Source: the human T2T-CHM13v2.0 reference genome, Homo sapiens
DNA: 64,000 bases
Reading direction: 5' to 3' (one strand)
NCBI RefSeq assembly: GCF_009914755.1
Contig: NC_060928.1
Shown: piece after piece, positions 12,317-30,050 of the stretch
Layout of the letters: the number at the start of each line of letters is the position of its first letter
Numbering within the stretch: position 1 is the stretch's first letter
Translations under genes and position numbers: made by a program
The notes under the pieces: generated by a model
Seen by the model: the letters and a program-made list of their open reading frames with translations, nothing else
The model's database searches: none
What the model was told of the DNA's origin: nothing

Positions 12317-15300
12317 CAAAGACAGAACACACAAGTAGAGGTCACCTGAGAAATGTTATTCACCATACATTTATTTTCAAATAATGTTTAGGATAGGCAC
12401 TGACCCAGAAGAATCAATTGACAAAAGATGTCTAATGATAAGCAGGCTAACTTTCCATTCATAGGTAACAAAATTTCAGGAGAGACCAAAGAAAAGTTTT
12501 TAGGTGAGAAATTTTAAGATTGTTTTGAGATAAAATAAGAGGACTTGATCTCTTTCAGGAAAAAAAAAATGGTGACAAAGAGAATACAGTAATTTTCAAG
12601 ATAAAAGGGAAACATTCAAGAACCTACATAAATATCTGGACTCTGAAATGTGAATTTTATACTTAGATATGTAAGTTGATGTACCATATGCCACTATATC
12701 AAAAAAGAAAATATTTAGAATTGGTAATTCAATTTGCCTTTCAGAAAGATATTAGTGTCATATCTTATTATTATTTTAGTTCCAGTATGCTACAAAATAG
12801 GAAGAAGGAAGAATACAACTATTCTTCATCTACATATTTACATGAACTATAATAATATTTGAAATTCTAAAGATTTTTTGAAAATAAGGAAAACTCAAAA
12901 GTTCCAAAACAGTACACTTACTTCATAGATGGTAAATTTAAATGTTAACACTTATATCAATAATTAAAGCAAATTAAATACTAAAAATATGAAAGGCTGA
13001 TGACCAGCCTCTGAACTTATCACAATCACAAATTTAATATTATGAGTCAACAATAGAATGCTTTTCCTCTATGAATTAAAGACCTATCAATTGTTATATT
13101 CTATACCTGGAAATCAGTCAAGCATTTTTAAAAACAATTATGAGCTTTCGAAGTTCAACAAAAGGAAAATTTATCACTGAGGTCATAGTAATCTACAAAG
13201 CATTAACAGCTCACTGCAAAAAAATACATCAAAAGAGTGTTTTATTCATGGAATGCAATAGGTTATCTTAAGGAAAACGTAGACTTTTGCAATATGGTTA
13301 GAGGTACTAAACAAATTCAAGTGGACCTCAAGGAACATTATGTATAAAGTATTTTTTCTTATGGAAAATAAAAGAACATGTCATCACAATAGTACAATGA
13401 ATTATAATCTATACAGCTTCTGGTTCACAGTTTTTGCTTAGATATTGAGGATGAACTCTCAATGCATTACTTCCCTTTAGCTAATAATATAAACTGTTTT
13501 TGATATTTTATATTAAGGATACTATACTAAAAAAGAGAAAATATATTAATAAAGAAGTAGTTGAAAAATATGATGCTAGGAAAAAATGAGATCCCACTTC
13601 ATCACAAAATAATCTTTACCTTTATAAAAATAAAAAATAAATGTATACACTATCATTCATGTACACATTACATTTATTTAAACTAAAAATTAAGAACAAC
13701 ATTTATTTGAATCAATTCTATCTGGGTTAGAGGTATTTAATTTTTTAAGACAAATAGATATTTTATTTAAAAAACAGAAAAATGTTCCTTTGGCAATTCT
13801 GATTGAACTGAGATTTTCTGGCTTTCTTTGAAATGTTTAACATAAACTTCTTTTCCTTTAAAAATGGTTTTAGAATTTCTCAACCATATTTTAATCTTAT
13901 GAATTTCTAACAACTTTCAGAAACTTATGGAGTTCTAACAATTTGAAAATGTGTCATTTAAATTAAAATATTGAGGAAGTAGAAAAATTCAGATATTAAG
14001 CAATTTTGTTTTATAAGTTTTCATCTATGAAAATAATTTAGTATAAATGTTGAGCATAGGTGTATATGAAATGAATACTTATATAGCAGAATTATAAAAT
14101 GATAGCAAAAAGATAAACTTTTTCTCATAAAAATACATAAATATATTTAAGAACTCCCAAATTAAATCAAGTATCTATATTCACTATGCAGTCTTTTCAA
14201 CCCAGTAAATTCATTCTAAATGTGTGAGATTTTAACATTATAGCTCTGTTTAATAATGCTTCTAAGGGAAAATCTTATATATACTTGTACATATACAAAC
14301 AAAAGTACCCAAGCACTATACAACCATCTTTTCTTCCCTTTCTGAATATTGAAATGTTTACAGTTGAAGAAAACAGGAAGATGAACAACAACAATGACAA
14401 ATGAATTTGAAATTTGCTTTTTAGCTTTGTGATCATTGAAGATTAGGAGAGAAATAACCAGGACTCTGACTTATCCACCACTATTTATCCATATAAGGCA
14501 AAGGCAACCAAGAATAGGAGTGGGTGTTCACATTAGCAGTCATTCCAGACCAAGTGCTGCTGCAGCATTTTTTAGTTTGCTTAACTTCCCCACTCCCACC
14601 TTTTAACAGCCAAGTGACTGCCTCTTTTAAAAAAATACTGCTGAGTGGGTACATAAACCAGTCCTATTTGCCAACTGTAAAGGGTTCCCGCAAAGCTTGT
14701 GGGTATGTGTAAATTAATTCCATCATCTTTTTTTCTATAACCAAGAAGAGATGGGGGAAAAGAGACTCTCTTATATTTACTGTAGCCTGGCAATAGTAAT
14801 ATATGTGTGACATATTTTTACCCTTGAAACACAAAAGTACTTTAGAAATTAGCCAGTACTTTATTGAAGTTGACTGATGACTGATGGAAGGTTATAATAT
14901 ACTCTGCCTCATGCAGGCTGTAAGGAAACCTCTAGCCGAAAAATATATGGGAAATTCCTCTGTAACAAGAAAAGTTCTTTAGGCAAAGCTATAAATCCAA
15001 CATGTGGACTCTAAAGTTTCGTGGAATTTTTATGATAGAAATGGTGCAGGATTTCAAATAAAGAAGAGAATCTTAATATTGATTTACTTAAATATTTTCA
15101 ATTAAGTACATTTGTGTATTTTATATAGACATATATAAAATCTCACATATATACATATATACAGTTTTATATTGTTCACTACTTTGCTTTATTTTCACAT
15201 TCAATTTCACTCTTTCATATTTCTCTCTCTCTTTGATTCTATGCCAGTAATATTTTTAAATCACTAAAGCCACTCAAGTTTAATAATTTATTAAGTATAG

Positions 15301-15349
15301 TTTCAATTTACCTCTCTTAAGTAATCATCAGAAAGCCTATTAAAATTTA

Positions 15350-15545
15350 AGATACAAATGGTATAAAAGAAGCATGACTGACTAAGAATATCACTATGCT
15401 GTGAGGTGAGATTTAGATTCTAGTCACAGTTCTGTTTTTTACTTTCAGGACCTTGAAGAAGTCACTAAATCTTTTTTATCCCAATTTTCCTAATTGGAAA
15501 ATAGAAGGATTGAACCAAGTGATGTCTAAAATTCCTTCAGCCATC
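15350..15545 (+). mobile_element. MIR (MIR3/MIRc-like) SINE
   Basis: Core gaccttgaagaagtcactaaatc...caattttcctaattggaaaatagaagg and tail gatgtctaaaattccttcagc. Confidence 0.7.
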
Positions 15546-15879
15546 ATTCTTTAAAATATTTAAGACATCCCTGAAAAACTTACACAGGGTAGACTATACA
15601 GAAAAATGTTTAGAGTCCAGATTATCTGACTGGCTGGCTGGCTCCAGGGAAATAACTATAATAAACATTCATCGTGGAGGCTGTCCAATTTTTTATCATT
15701 GAAATGGCTGGAGTAATTTTAACTTAGTAACATCTGTAAGGAAAAAAGGCTTCCCAAATTAACCAGGTAAAGAATATTTCTAGGAAAAGGACTTATGCAA
15801 GAACACGAACTGCTTTGAACACCATCAAATATTTTCAAAATAATGTACATGTGACTGTTATAATTTATTTGCTTTAGAG

Positions 15880-16950
15880 GAAGTCTCTCCGTGGGAAGGT
15901 TTTTGAAAACAAATTCAATTTCTTTAGTAGACACAGGTCATTCAGATTTTCTATTTCTTCTTGTGTCAGTTTTGGTATGCTATCTGTTTTCAAAAAACTA
16001 GACTACTTCCTCTTAAATGCAAATGACATGAAGTTATTTACATATTATTTTATTATTATTCTAATGTCTATAGGATATACAATTATGCCCTCTCTTTCAT
16101 TCCTGATATTGGTAATTTGTGTTTTATCTCTTCTTTTTTAAAAACTGGTCTTAAAAAGAGCACATAAATTTTATTAATCTTTTCAAAGATTAATGTGCTT
16201 TGTTAATTTGATTTATTGTTTCCCTAATTTCTATTTCATTGCTTTCTGTTCTTATCTTTATAAAACCTGTTACATGTGCCCTTAAAAATAATGTATATTC
16301 TACATTATTGGATGTAGTCTTCTATAACTGTCATTTTTGGCAAATTAATTAATGGTTTGTTAAAATCTGCTATATGTAGAATTTTCATTTGATTCTTTTG
16401 TATAGCTTTTATTTCTGCACTGGGGATCTCCTGTTATTATGAACACCTTTTTTAAGTTTTGAACATTTATAGTAACTGCTTTAAAGCCATTATCTGCTAA
16501 TTCCAACATCCATAGAAAGAGAAAAATCTTTTTTTCTTTCTATGTAAACAGATGAAGCAATTGAAAACTATGCAAGCTGTTACTTTAGGATGCACTTTCT
16601 TGAAGTCTTTTCTACACATGCACAATTCAGGAGTCAGCCCATAATTTTAGAAGAGTTTGTACACAGAATTGGGACTCCTCTCTCTGTGGTTTTCTCCTTT
16701 TATGAAATTTCCTAATCAACTTTTAGTCATTTTGGCAGCTCTAAACTCTGTCTTCTGACATTTCACACCATTAACACTGAGGTTTTCTGCCTAAGTTCTC
16801 ACTATCTTACACTGCATGACGTTGGAAAAGCTAGATAAATGGGGATCTTACCCATTGCAGTTCCTTTCTTTCAAGAGTCAAATAGTTTCCCTCCAGTTTC
16901 TGTCCACATGCCATCACTCTCCAGTGCCTTCAAATATTCTTTTTTTAGCT
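15880..16950 (-). mobile_element. Fragmented ancient L1M (ORF2 piece plus 5' region pieces)
   Basis: The minus-strand ORF MSTKEIEFVFKNLPTE resembles L1 ORF2 (ITxxEIExVIKNLP). Further reverse L1 blocks such as aataatgtatattctacattattggatgtag. Confidence 0.65.
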
Positions 16951-17244
16951 TATAATCATTTATAATTAATAAATGAATGTATTCCCAGTGAATAAGAAAA
17001 TACAAGTATAAAACCTGCCCTTTTCGAAACTTCATTGTTAACTTTCCACAATTGCTTCTTTCAATCTCACGCTCTAATCTCTCTCACAAAATCAATGTTT
17101 TCAAAACAGTTTATCAACAAAGTATATAAAGTAGCAAAGCAATCTAAGAGTTTTTAATAGAGTCATTGAAATGCATGCTTAACCCTAGTGAATTGTGGTA
17201 CATAGTTTCTAACAAACAAAAAAAAATAGCTAAAACATATGCAG

Positions 17245-17301
17245 TGTCATTTACGGCATTGTCATTTACTGTCATTTATGGCATTTACTGTCATTTATGG
17301 C
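17245..17301. repeat. Imperfect short tandem repeat of TGTCATTTAY/GGCAT units
   Basis: tgtcatttac ggcat tgtcatttac tgtcatttat ggcatttac tgtcatttat ggc. Confidence 0.85.
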
Positions 17302-17568
17302 AAATTAAATGTTTCCACTGCTTTCTCCTAGATACTGAAAAGTAAAACTTCAGCTGGGTCTACTAACTGATTACTAAAACACTCAAAAAACTGTATTTTT
17401 CTCCTTTCCTCCGTCAAATTAAAAGGCCACATTGAAAAATATGTATTAAAACCTGAGCTTTCAACAACCTATACTTCCTTAAACCTAGTTATTAAAGTCA
17501 GCAATTACATTGATAACAACAAAAATGAGTGCATTAATTTACACTTTTCTATTATATAAAAGATATAC

Positions 17569-17636
17569 CTGGGTTGTGATTTTGGTTCTGGCTTGATAGG
17601 TTGTCGCTCCTTTTTAATAAGGGTTTTAAAGGTTTT
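17569..17636 (-). CDS. IQCM: IQCM internal coding exon (68 nt): KTFKTLIKKERQPIKPEPKSQP(R)
   Basis: Minus strand reads ctcttcttttccttattatag|AAAACC...CAACCCAG|gtatat. Starts in phase 0, in frame with the 50760-50875 exon. The peptide matches my recollection of human IQCM. Too short to appear in the ORF track. Confidence 0.9.
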
Positions 17637-18098
17637 CTATAATAAGGAAAAGAAGAGTTGACATAAGTAGAAAAACAATGTTATCACCTATAAAATTTTA
17701 ATTCCATTGACGTTCTGTTATATTATCAAAGGGAGAATCATTATAATATATATTATGAATCTGCACATTTATATACATTTTTTAGTATACTCAGAGGGGT
17801 ATGACTGTTGAACCTCCTTCAGAACCTTTTAGCACCTAGGAATACAGTTCCTACTAGTTATTTTAATGAGCAAATATCCTTACAACTATATTATAGATCA
17901 GAATTTTATTTATTTATTTATTTATTTGTCCTCTGTCTTACAAAAGAGATTTAAGATGCCTTTTAATAAATACAGTACATATGCAAAAGGGAAATAAAAT
18001 CCAGTGAAGGGGAAAATATGGGTAGAAAAATAATGCCAAATATGCTCTGATAATTTGTGATATTTGAAATTTGGCTCTCAAAAACCTAACTATTGAGG

Positions 18099-18458
18099 TG
18101 TTATGGACTGAACTGTGCTTCCCCTAAATCCATATGTCAAAGCCCTAATCCCTCAATGTGACTGTACTTGAAGATAAGGTTTTTAATGAAGTAACTATGG
18201 CTGAATGAGGTCAAAAGGGCGGGGCCTAATTCAGCAGGACTGATGACTTTATAAGACGAGGAAAAGATACCCAAGAAAAGGCCACGTGAGGACACAATAA
18301 GAAGATGGCCATCTTCAAGCCAAGGAGAGAAACATCAGGAGAAACCAACCCCACGGACACCTTAATCTTGGACTTCCAGCCCCCAGAACTGTAAGAAAAT
18401 AAATTTATGTTGTTTAGTCTGCAGTATTTTCTTATGGTATCCCTAACACACTAAAACA
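18099..18458 (+). mobile_element. MLT1A/B (MaLR) solo LTR
   Basis: Starts tgttatggactgaa. Contains gccacgtgaggacac, caagccaaggagag and ttggacttccagcccccagaactgtaagaaaataaa. Ends ctaaaaca. Confidence 0.9.
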
Positions 18459-20091
18459 CACAGTAACAAATAAAACAGTAGTTCTAACATTCACAATGTC
18501 TGTAACAAAGCAAGCTTATTTTCAGTGAAAAATTGCTTCCATAGGTTTTTCAAATAAACCTGGCATAATATACCAGCTTCAACAGCATCACTTCCAACAA
18601 TTTATGGATTTTTCTTATATAATCCTTCAATATTAGTCAAAGATAAGAAGAATAACTGAGGAAGATAATTCTACAAGACCCCAGAAAAACTGGGCCATTG
18701 CCTGTCTGGTCATTCAGTGTGGTCCAAATGTAAAATTGATAGCTAGAGGCACTGATGGCTTGCATATCTACTTTATAATCTTCCAGGACAATTTTTGTAT
18801 AAAATAGCTTTTAAAAAATAGGGAAGAGGAATTTGAAGTAAACTTGATAAATGAGTAAAATGGTTAGAGGATTTTGAGTTGTTAGTGTTGTTGTCTCCCT
18901 CAGGCGCTCTAAGAAGTCAGTAACAAAAATTTATTGGTCAGTGATATATGGTGTGCTCATGATACCACAAGGAAAGTGATTATTTTAGTTTTGCATTTTA
19001 AGTTTCAAAGGTGTCATTGACAACTAAAGCCAAAAATGTCTCTTCTATAAACTCTCAAGAGATATAAAGAGCCAATGTAAAGATGAAACGTGGAAGAAAG
19101 TGTGTTTATCCTGCAAAAATACTCAGCATTGACATACACTGATTTCTAAAACATTTTAAACAAATCACAAATCTCTTTTACTGAGTTAAGCTTCATTCTG
19201 ACTTATGCTGCCATCTCAGATGCAATCTTACTAGTAAGTGTTAATTTCATTTCATGGCATTCATTTCTTAAGAACTAACATTGACCTTTCTTCGGGAACA
19301 CAACAATAACCCGGAAAATTGTTGTGCATCATCTCTCAATATTTGTTACATTTAGAATTCCCTGATCATGTTTCCTTTTTCAAAGTAAACAATAATCCTC
19401 AAGAATAATACTGTACTTTTTTAAATGTATGTACAACACGTAAATGATAATAAAGCAGGAAGCAGGACCTATATTTTAAATGTTACCCTCAAGATGTTCC
19501 GTGACACATTTTCATGGCTATAAAAATACTAATGGCCAGAAAAAAATTGTTAATCTTGATATTTCATACTTTTACACAAAACAATACACTTGGATTGGGA
19601 CACACTGTCCTTCTGTGCTACTACTGTTTACACTTGCCAACTTAATTTTTTTTCAAGTCCTTCCTTCTTGGCCACACTAACTGAATTGGCACATTCTCCA
19701 TAATAAGGGGTGGCAAATGTGAAGGCTGTTAAGTAAAACAATCTCAGACAAACATTCCTGAGGATTTCCTTTCTTTAGATGTCCTCTGTGATTCTATTTT
19801 CTCTCTTCCAACTTCACTGCCTTTGCAACCTCCATTGATGTTTTCTACCTAACATAATTAGCAATTGATTTTTTCTTTTTCTTTCCTTTTTTTTTTTTTT
19901 TTTTTTTTTGCTTTCCTTTTTGAAAAGTAAATATCGCCTTTGTTATAAGGGGTCTGGTGTTTTTCTAAGTCTTAGTCTTCTACATACTTATATATTCACA
20001 TCTCAAGTCTATTCGGCCTTGATGTTTCACCTCTATTTTCTCTTAAATTCTTTCTCTCTTCTTTACACAGCCACTACCTGCTTCTTTCAAC

Positions 20092-20587
20092 TTCTTTTTT
20101 TATTATTATACTTTAAGTTCTGGGATACATGTACAGAACGTGCAGATTTGTTACATAGGTACACACATGCCACGGTGGTTTGCTGCACCCATCAATCCAT
20201 CATCTGCATTAGGTTTTTCTCCTAATGCTATCCCTCCCCTAGCCCCTTGCCTGCCAACAGGCCCCAGTGTGTGATGTTCCCCTCCTTGTCTCCACGTGTT
20301 CTCATTGTTCAACTCCCACTTATGAGTGAGAACATGCGGTGTTTGGTTTTCTGTTCCTGTGTTGGTTTGCTGAGAATGATGGTTTGCAGCTTCATCCATG
20401 TCCCTGCAAAGAACATGAGCTCATCCTTTTTTATAGCTGCATAGTATTCCATGGTGTATATGTGCCACATTTTCTTTATCCAGTATATTATTGATGGGCA
20501 TTTGGGTTGGTTCCAAGTCTTTGCTATTGGGAACAGTGCTGCAATAAACATATGTGTGCATGTGTCTTTACAGTAGAATGATTTATC
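20092..20587 (-). mobile_element. L1PA7/8-like 3' end (~0.5 kb)
   Basis: ttattattatactttaagttctgggatacatgtacagaacgtgcag...ggtttgctgcacccatcaa. The ORF2 C-terminal peptide appears in the 20309..20638 ORF. Confidence 0.9.
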
Positions 20588-21094
20588 ATCCTTCTTTAAA
20601 AACCTGGTCTTCCCAGGCCAATGCATTTGGAGTGACACATTCTAAACACTTGGCTGAATATGTAAGTCATTTATTAAACTCCCCTGGAAAAATTTTCAAA
20701 TTTTTGTAACAACCTAAATAGATGTATTGAAAACTACTTTTCATACTCCTTTTCCCCACATATTTTCTCAAATCCCACAGTTTAACTGGTACCAAGCTTC
20801 TGATAATTTACACAATATTTTTACACCTGAGGCTTCTTTCTAAAAAAGCACCTGTATAATTCATCAATTCCCTTCCTCTTTTCAAATATCATTGGATGAT
20901 TTTTTCTTTTGACAATTCCTTCATGGTCTAATGATTAAATTCTTTCATTAATAAACCATAAACCTTTAGCCTTCAATTTTTGCATCTTAATTATAGATAC
21001 ATTTCATTTAACTCCTATTAGCATAAAATTATAAAATATGTAATTTATAATTGGCCTATTATGCCCCAACACTTACATCCAAATGTGGTTAAAG

Positions 21095-24975
<3,881 letters not shown>

Positions 24976-27003
24976 TAAGTAGGAAGGGATTTTCTCGGTT
25001 TTAAACAACCTTGTGACCCTACCAGAAACATTAATAAACACATCACTCACATAATACGAAATGTTTGTTTAAATAGGTACTGTGAAGAGAAAATTATTAA
25101 TTGCAAATACATATAAAATTACAAATTATATATTAAAACATGTGAAGTAAACTGAAGAGTTTTTTTCTGCCAGGCTGGGCTATTAACACTAGCATTTGCC
25201 CTGAAGAAGTCAGTCATGTCCCTAGCGCCTTCTGTGAAATAGCAGTGGGCTGCATTCTTTATGCTGCTACTAATACGATTTAAACAGAAAAAATGTCAAT
25301 CACTTGCACACATGCAGAATCAGGAGGTACCAAACACATCTTTCTGAGATTTTTCACAAGCCAATCTCTTTACATTCTTGAATTTGAGAGCTTCCAGGAA
25401 TGCAAACAAACCACAGGATGGTTTAAAAGCCATATAACCACCCATGGGAGTTATGCAAAATCTTCTCATGGAGCCAGACCAGCCTCCACTTTGGAAGGTG
25501 GTCTTAAGTGTAGTATTCCCTTTATTTACATTTCTTTACAGAGGTGAAGGTATCCTAAAGATAATGCTGGTCACTTTGTAATAGCCATGGCTTCAAAAAG
25601 CCATTCAACATTCAGATTAGGAAAGACTGGAGAAGATGACACAGAAAAATACATGTTGCTTATCTACCAGTCACTAGAGAAAATTTCTTTAACCTTCACA
25701 AAAAATTAAAACCACAGAAATTTAATCATTTATGTAGACATTTAAGCTAAGTGTAGGAGGCAATACACAGGCTGAAGAGAAGGAGGGAAATGGATAGGGA
25801 GCTTTGCATCCCAATATAAGCCCCTGTAAAGGTTGGAATCTATTTGAAAAAAGATACAAGGGGATTGCTGTTTCTAGGAATATGTTCATAGTAACAAATC
25901 TCAACATAATCCAACAATAAATTCTAAAAACATAAAAATAAAAGATGTTGTTTAATGCATGGCTGAGCTGATGGGAAAGTAATGGAATTCCATTCTGGCC
26001 AAACACTGAAATGTTGAAATTACTGTTTTATAATTTCAGAAGCTTGTCTTTGCCTTGGGGATGGTATGGCAATTTCTGACAGCTTAGAGTCTAGGTTTTA
26101 ATGACCTGCATGCCCTGCAGTTGAGAGGTAAACATTGGAACCCAGAGTACCAAGGAAAGTCAAATCTAAGAAAAGTACTCATAAAACCCAAGTCTTGGAA
26201 GGGCAGTAGACTTAAGGCATAAACCAAGATTTTTTAAATGTCCTGTAGAAAGAGAGAGACTGTGAGACCACATACACACTGTGGCCTTGGCTCTGAGTGA
26301 AGAGATAAAATTCCTAGAAGTTTTCTAGGAATTTCTAATGACAATATACCATTTACCTAGATTTAGAGGTTCAATTCAGATTACTGTAATGCCGTACAAA
26401 TCTGGGCCCCCACCAAAAAAGTTTGAAAATTTAGAATAAAAGTTGTCTCACCTTAGTAGTGCCCTAAAGCACTGGGTAAAAGCAATTTTATCAATCATTT
26501 TTAGATTGCAGTTTAACCCACACTTCTAAGAATTCTCACAATAAAATACCAAGAAAAATTAGCTCAAAATCAGGAAATTCAGTAAACATGAGAAAGCAGC
26601 AATCAAGGAATCAGAACCTACATATTCAGAACCTCAAAGACTAAATATACTGTAATTATTATGTAAAGACTATAAAATAAGAATGAAATTCCATTTCTAC
26701 ATGTTTAGAGAAATATATTGAAGAAACAAAAAAAATTATCAAAATTGACTGAGCAGACTTGGAAAGTAACAATCGACATTATAAAAATAAAACACATAAT
26801 ATTTAAAATTGGAAATTCAGTGAATAACAAAAGAAAATAATAGACACAGATAAAAAGAGAACTGATAATATAAACTATGAGGGATAAAAAAACACCTAGG
26901 TTGCAGCAGTGAGACAGAAAGAGATGGCAAATATTAAAAGAGGAAAAAGAGTAAGGACAATGACAATTGAATGACTCACATTTGTCTGATTAAAGATTTA
27001 TAA

Positions 27004-27330
<327 letters not shown>

Positions 27331-27496
27331 TAGAGATTCATAAAATTTTAATTAGAGTTTTATACAGAAATTATAGAAGACAGACAGTATTTGAAAATAT
27401 AATGGCAGAGTTTTGTGTTTGGGGTTTTTGTTCTCAGAATTACTGAAAGACACTGATTTTCAGATATAAGAAGCCCAACAAAAATGGAGAATAGTT

Positions 27497-27562
27497 CAAA
27501 ATAAACTACACTTACACACCTCATAACAACAAAATAAACTACACTTACACACCTCATGACAA
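27497..27562. repeat. 33-bp tandem duplication (2 copies, 1 mismatch)
   Basis: caaaataaactacacttacacacctcataacaa followed by caaaataaactacacttacacacctcatgacaa. Confidence 0.95.
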
Positions 27563-29884
27563 AAAAAAAGTTCTTAGAAATAGAGTACATAGACATATTA
27601 CCTACAAAAGAGAGACAACTTGACAAACATCTTTTTTTACCCCCAGCAACAATGGTAGCCAGAAGACAGAAGAATGATAACTTCAAAATGCTAAGAAAGT
27701 ATGGTTGAGAGGAAGAAAAAATACATTATCAATTGAAGTATTTTGCCAACTGACCCTTACTAATGGCACTTCTAAAGGATGTAGTTCAAGAAGGAAAATT
27801 ATCCAAGAGGTCTGTGATGCTAGATGTAATGGCAAATAAAATAATTGGGAAGCATATAGATAAACTTTAACAAACAACGACACAATGAAACAAAATAATT
27901 GTGTCTAATTTTTGAGGTTTTAAAAAAGAAAGAACTAAACTCTAGAAGTTAAGTCAATCTACCATCGTTGTGTGGAATAAGAAAGTAGGGAGTTTAAGGT
28001 AAAATACATTAAAATCTACAGATTAACCATTTATTAAAAAATAAAAACAAAAATATAAATGCCAAGCTAGCAGAAATGAAAGATAGCACAAGAGGATACT
28101 TCAAAAAATAAGAGAATTATTTTTATTTCTTCTTCTTGGGCAAATAACAAGTACAAAATGGAAAGAACAAATAAAGGGCAAAAAATGAAATGAAAGAAAT
28201 GCATTTAAATACATTTTTTAAAATACAACCATGAGATGTTCACAAAGGAGAAATAAATAATTGCCCAGAAACATACAAAAATTCTCAACTTTATTTGTCA
28301 TTAGGAAAATGTAAATTAAAATCACAAAGAAATATAATTTCATAAGTGCCAAATTGGCAAAGGTTAAAACTTTGACAGTATTAATTGTTTCCAAGTATAT
28401 GAAGCAATGGAGACTCTCATAAACTGCTTCTGGAAGTGGAAAGCTGTTTGCTATTGCCTGGAAAAGTTGAACCTATGCTCACTTGACAGCACAGCCATTC
28501 CATGGTTAGGGATTATAGGAGTTGGTGGAGTAAATAGAGGAGCTGCTTATAGCTAGTGGCAATCAATTATTCAGGTAATCAATAATCAGTTATAGAGCTC
28601 CCACTGCACTGACCTTGCCCATCTGCCCCCAAGACTGGATGGCATATATATATATAATATGACATCCCAGATGCAACAGAATGCAGGTTCATATTGATGT
28701 TAGGAGTGCTTGCCCTAGAGAAACTGACACCTATGCTTCGGGAGACATATAAAAGAATGCTTGTAGCAGGTTTTTTCACAATAAGAAATAACTTTTTTAA
28801 AAGCAAAATATCTCTCAGCTATAGAAAGGATAAATAAATTATAGTATATTTATTCAATGGGATGTTGTGCATTGATGGAAATGAATGAACCATGGGATTA
28901 TACAACCACATCAATAAAGATGAATGGATCACAAAAATACATTGTTGAGCAAAAAAGAGAGTGAAGAAATTATAATTACATTTACACAAAGTTATAAACA
29001 AGCAAAAGTAAACAAGACACTAACTAGGAATATGTGTACATGTGCTAAAATTGTATGGAAATGTAAGAGAATCATTAACATAAAATTAAGGAGATGTTTC
29101 CTCAGGATATGAAGAGAAGGAAAAAGACAAACAATGTTCTACCCCTTAAGCTTTGTGGGTCTTTTTTTTTGAGTATTATTCCTTCACACACATGCAGGTA
29201 TACATATATATACTCTTAAATGATTGACATATAAAACAATAGAAAAATTTTAATAAAATTGTGGAAATATTCCTTGAGCTTAAATTGAGCATATCACCCT
29301 GTGGTAATACGTTTGGCAGATATATGACAACTTCCTATAAGGTTATGTGGATCCAAATTTCTCCTGTGGTTTGTGTATGCTTTGGAAACTCTAAGATTGA
29401 AGAATGCCAAGCAATGAACAGCTGCTGCCAGGTGTTAATTACTTTATTCTGAAGTTTTAAATTGTACAAGTCTGTAATACTTGTTACTAATTTTTTATTG
29501 GCTGGAATTAAAACTTTATATCTAAAAGGCCAGATTGAAGAAATGAATTTCCATTTTATAATTTGGGGGCATTTTAATATACTTGTGTTCATATTGATGT
29601 TGAAGTTGATACTTAAAACTATGCAAGTTATTTGCTTTTGAACATGATTCCCACCTTTGGATTTTAAGGGAGCCCCCTGAGTAGTTAATTTTTACTAAAC
29701 AATTCAGTTATAAATTGGACAGTATTTTTAAAAATCGAATTAAATCCTTTTTACTTGTGTATTTATTGAGGACTAATTTGAATGTAAATCCATTCTAAAT
29801 GATGAGTTCTGCTATTATTATGAGATTTATATTCTACGTGGCAGGTCTGGAGCTGCATCACAGAGCTAATAAAAAATTGTTATA

Positions 29885-30050
29885 TCTAACAATTAGAGTC
29901 TGCCTTGTGCTTTATGTGTATTATCTTCAATCTTCACCAAGACTCTGCAAAGCAGATGTTTTATTTCCACTTTTCCTGAGGAAACTGAAAAATTTAGTAT
30001 CCTTCCCTTGATTCCATAAGTAAGAGATGGATAGGATTCAAATTCAATAT
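29885..30050 (-). mobile_element. MIR SINE
   Basis: tttatgtgtattatcttcaatcttcac...tgaggaaactga...ggattcaaattca. Confidence 0.7.

Noticed and set aside
1-17560. Further IQCM exons, such as the IQ-motif exon
   Set aside because: I found no sequence encoding the expected next peptide by eye. It probably lies outside the window.
27497-27562. 33-bp direct repeats as a CRISPR-like array
   Set aside because: Only two adjacent copies with no spacer, in a primate genome with no cas genes.
28511-28698. Y RNA or H/ACA snoRNA identity for the insert
   Set aside because: Only a few short words resemble Y RNA or an ACA box and the overall alignment fails by eye. Kept as unidentified.
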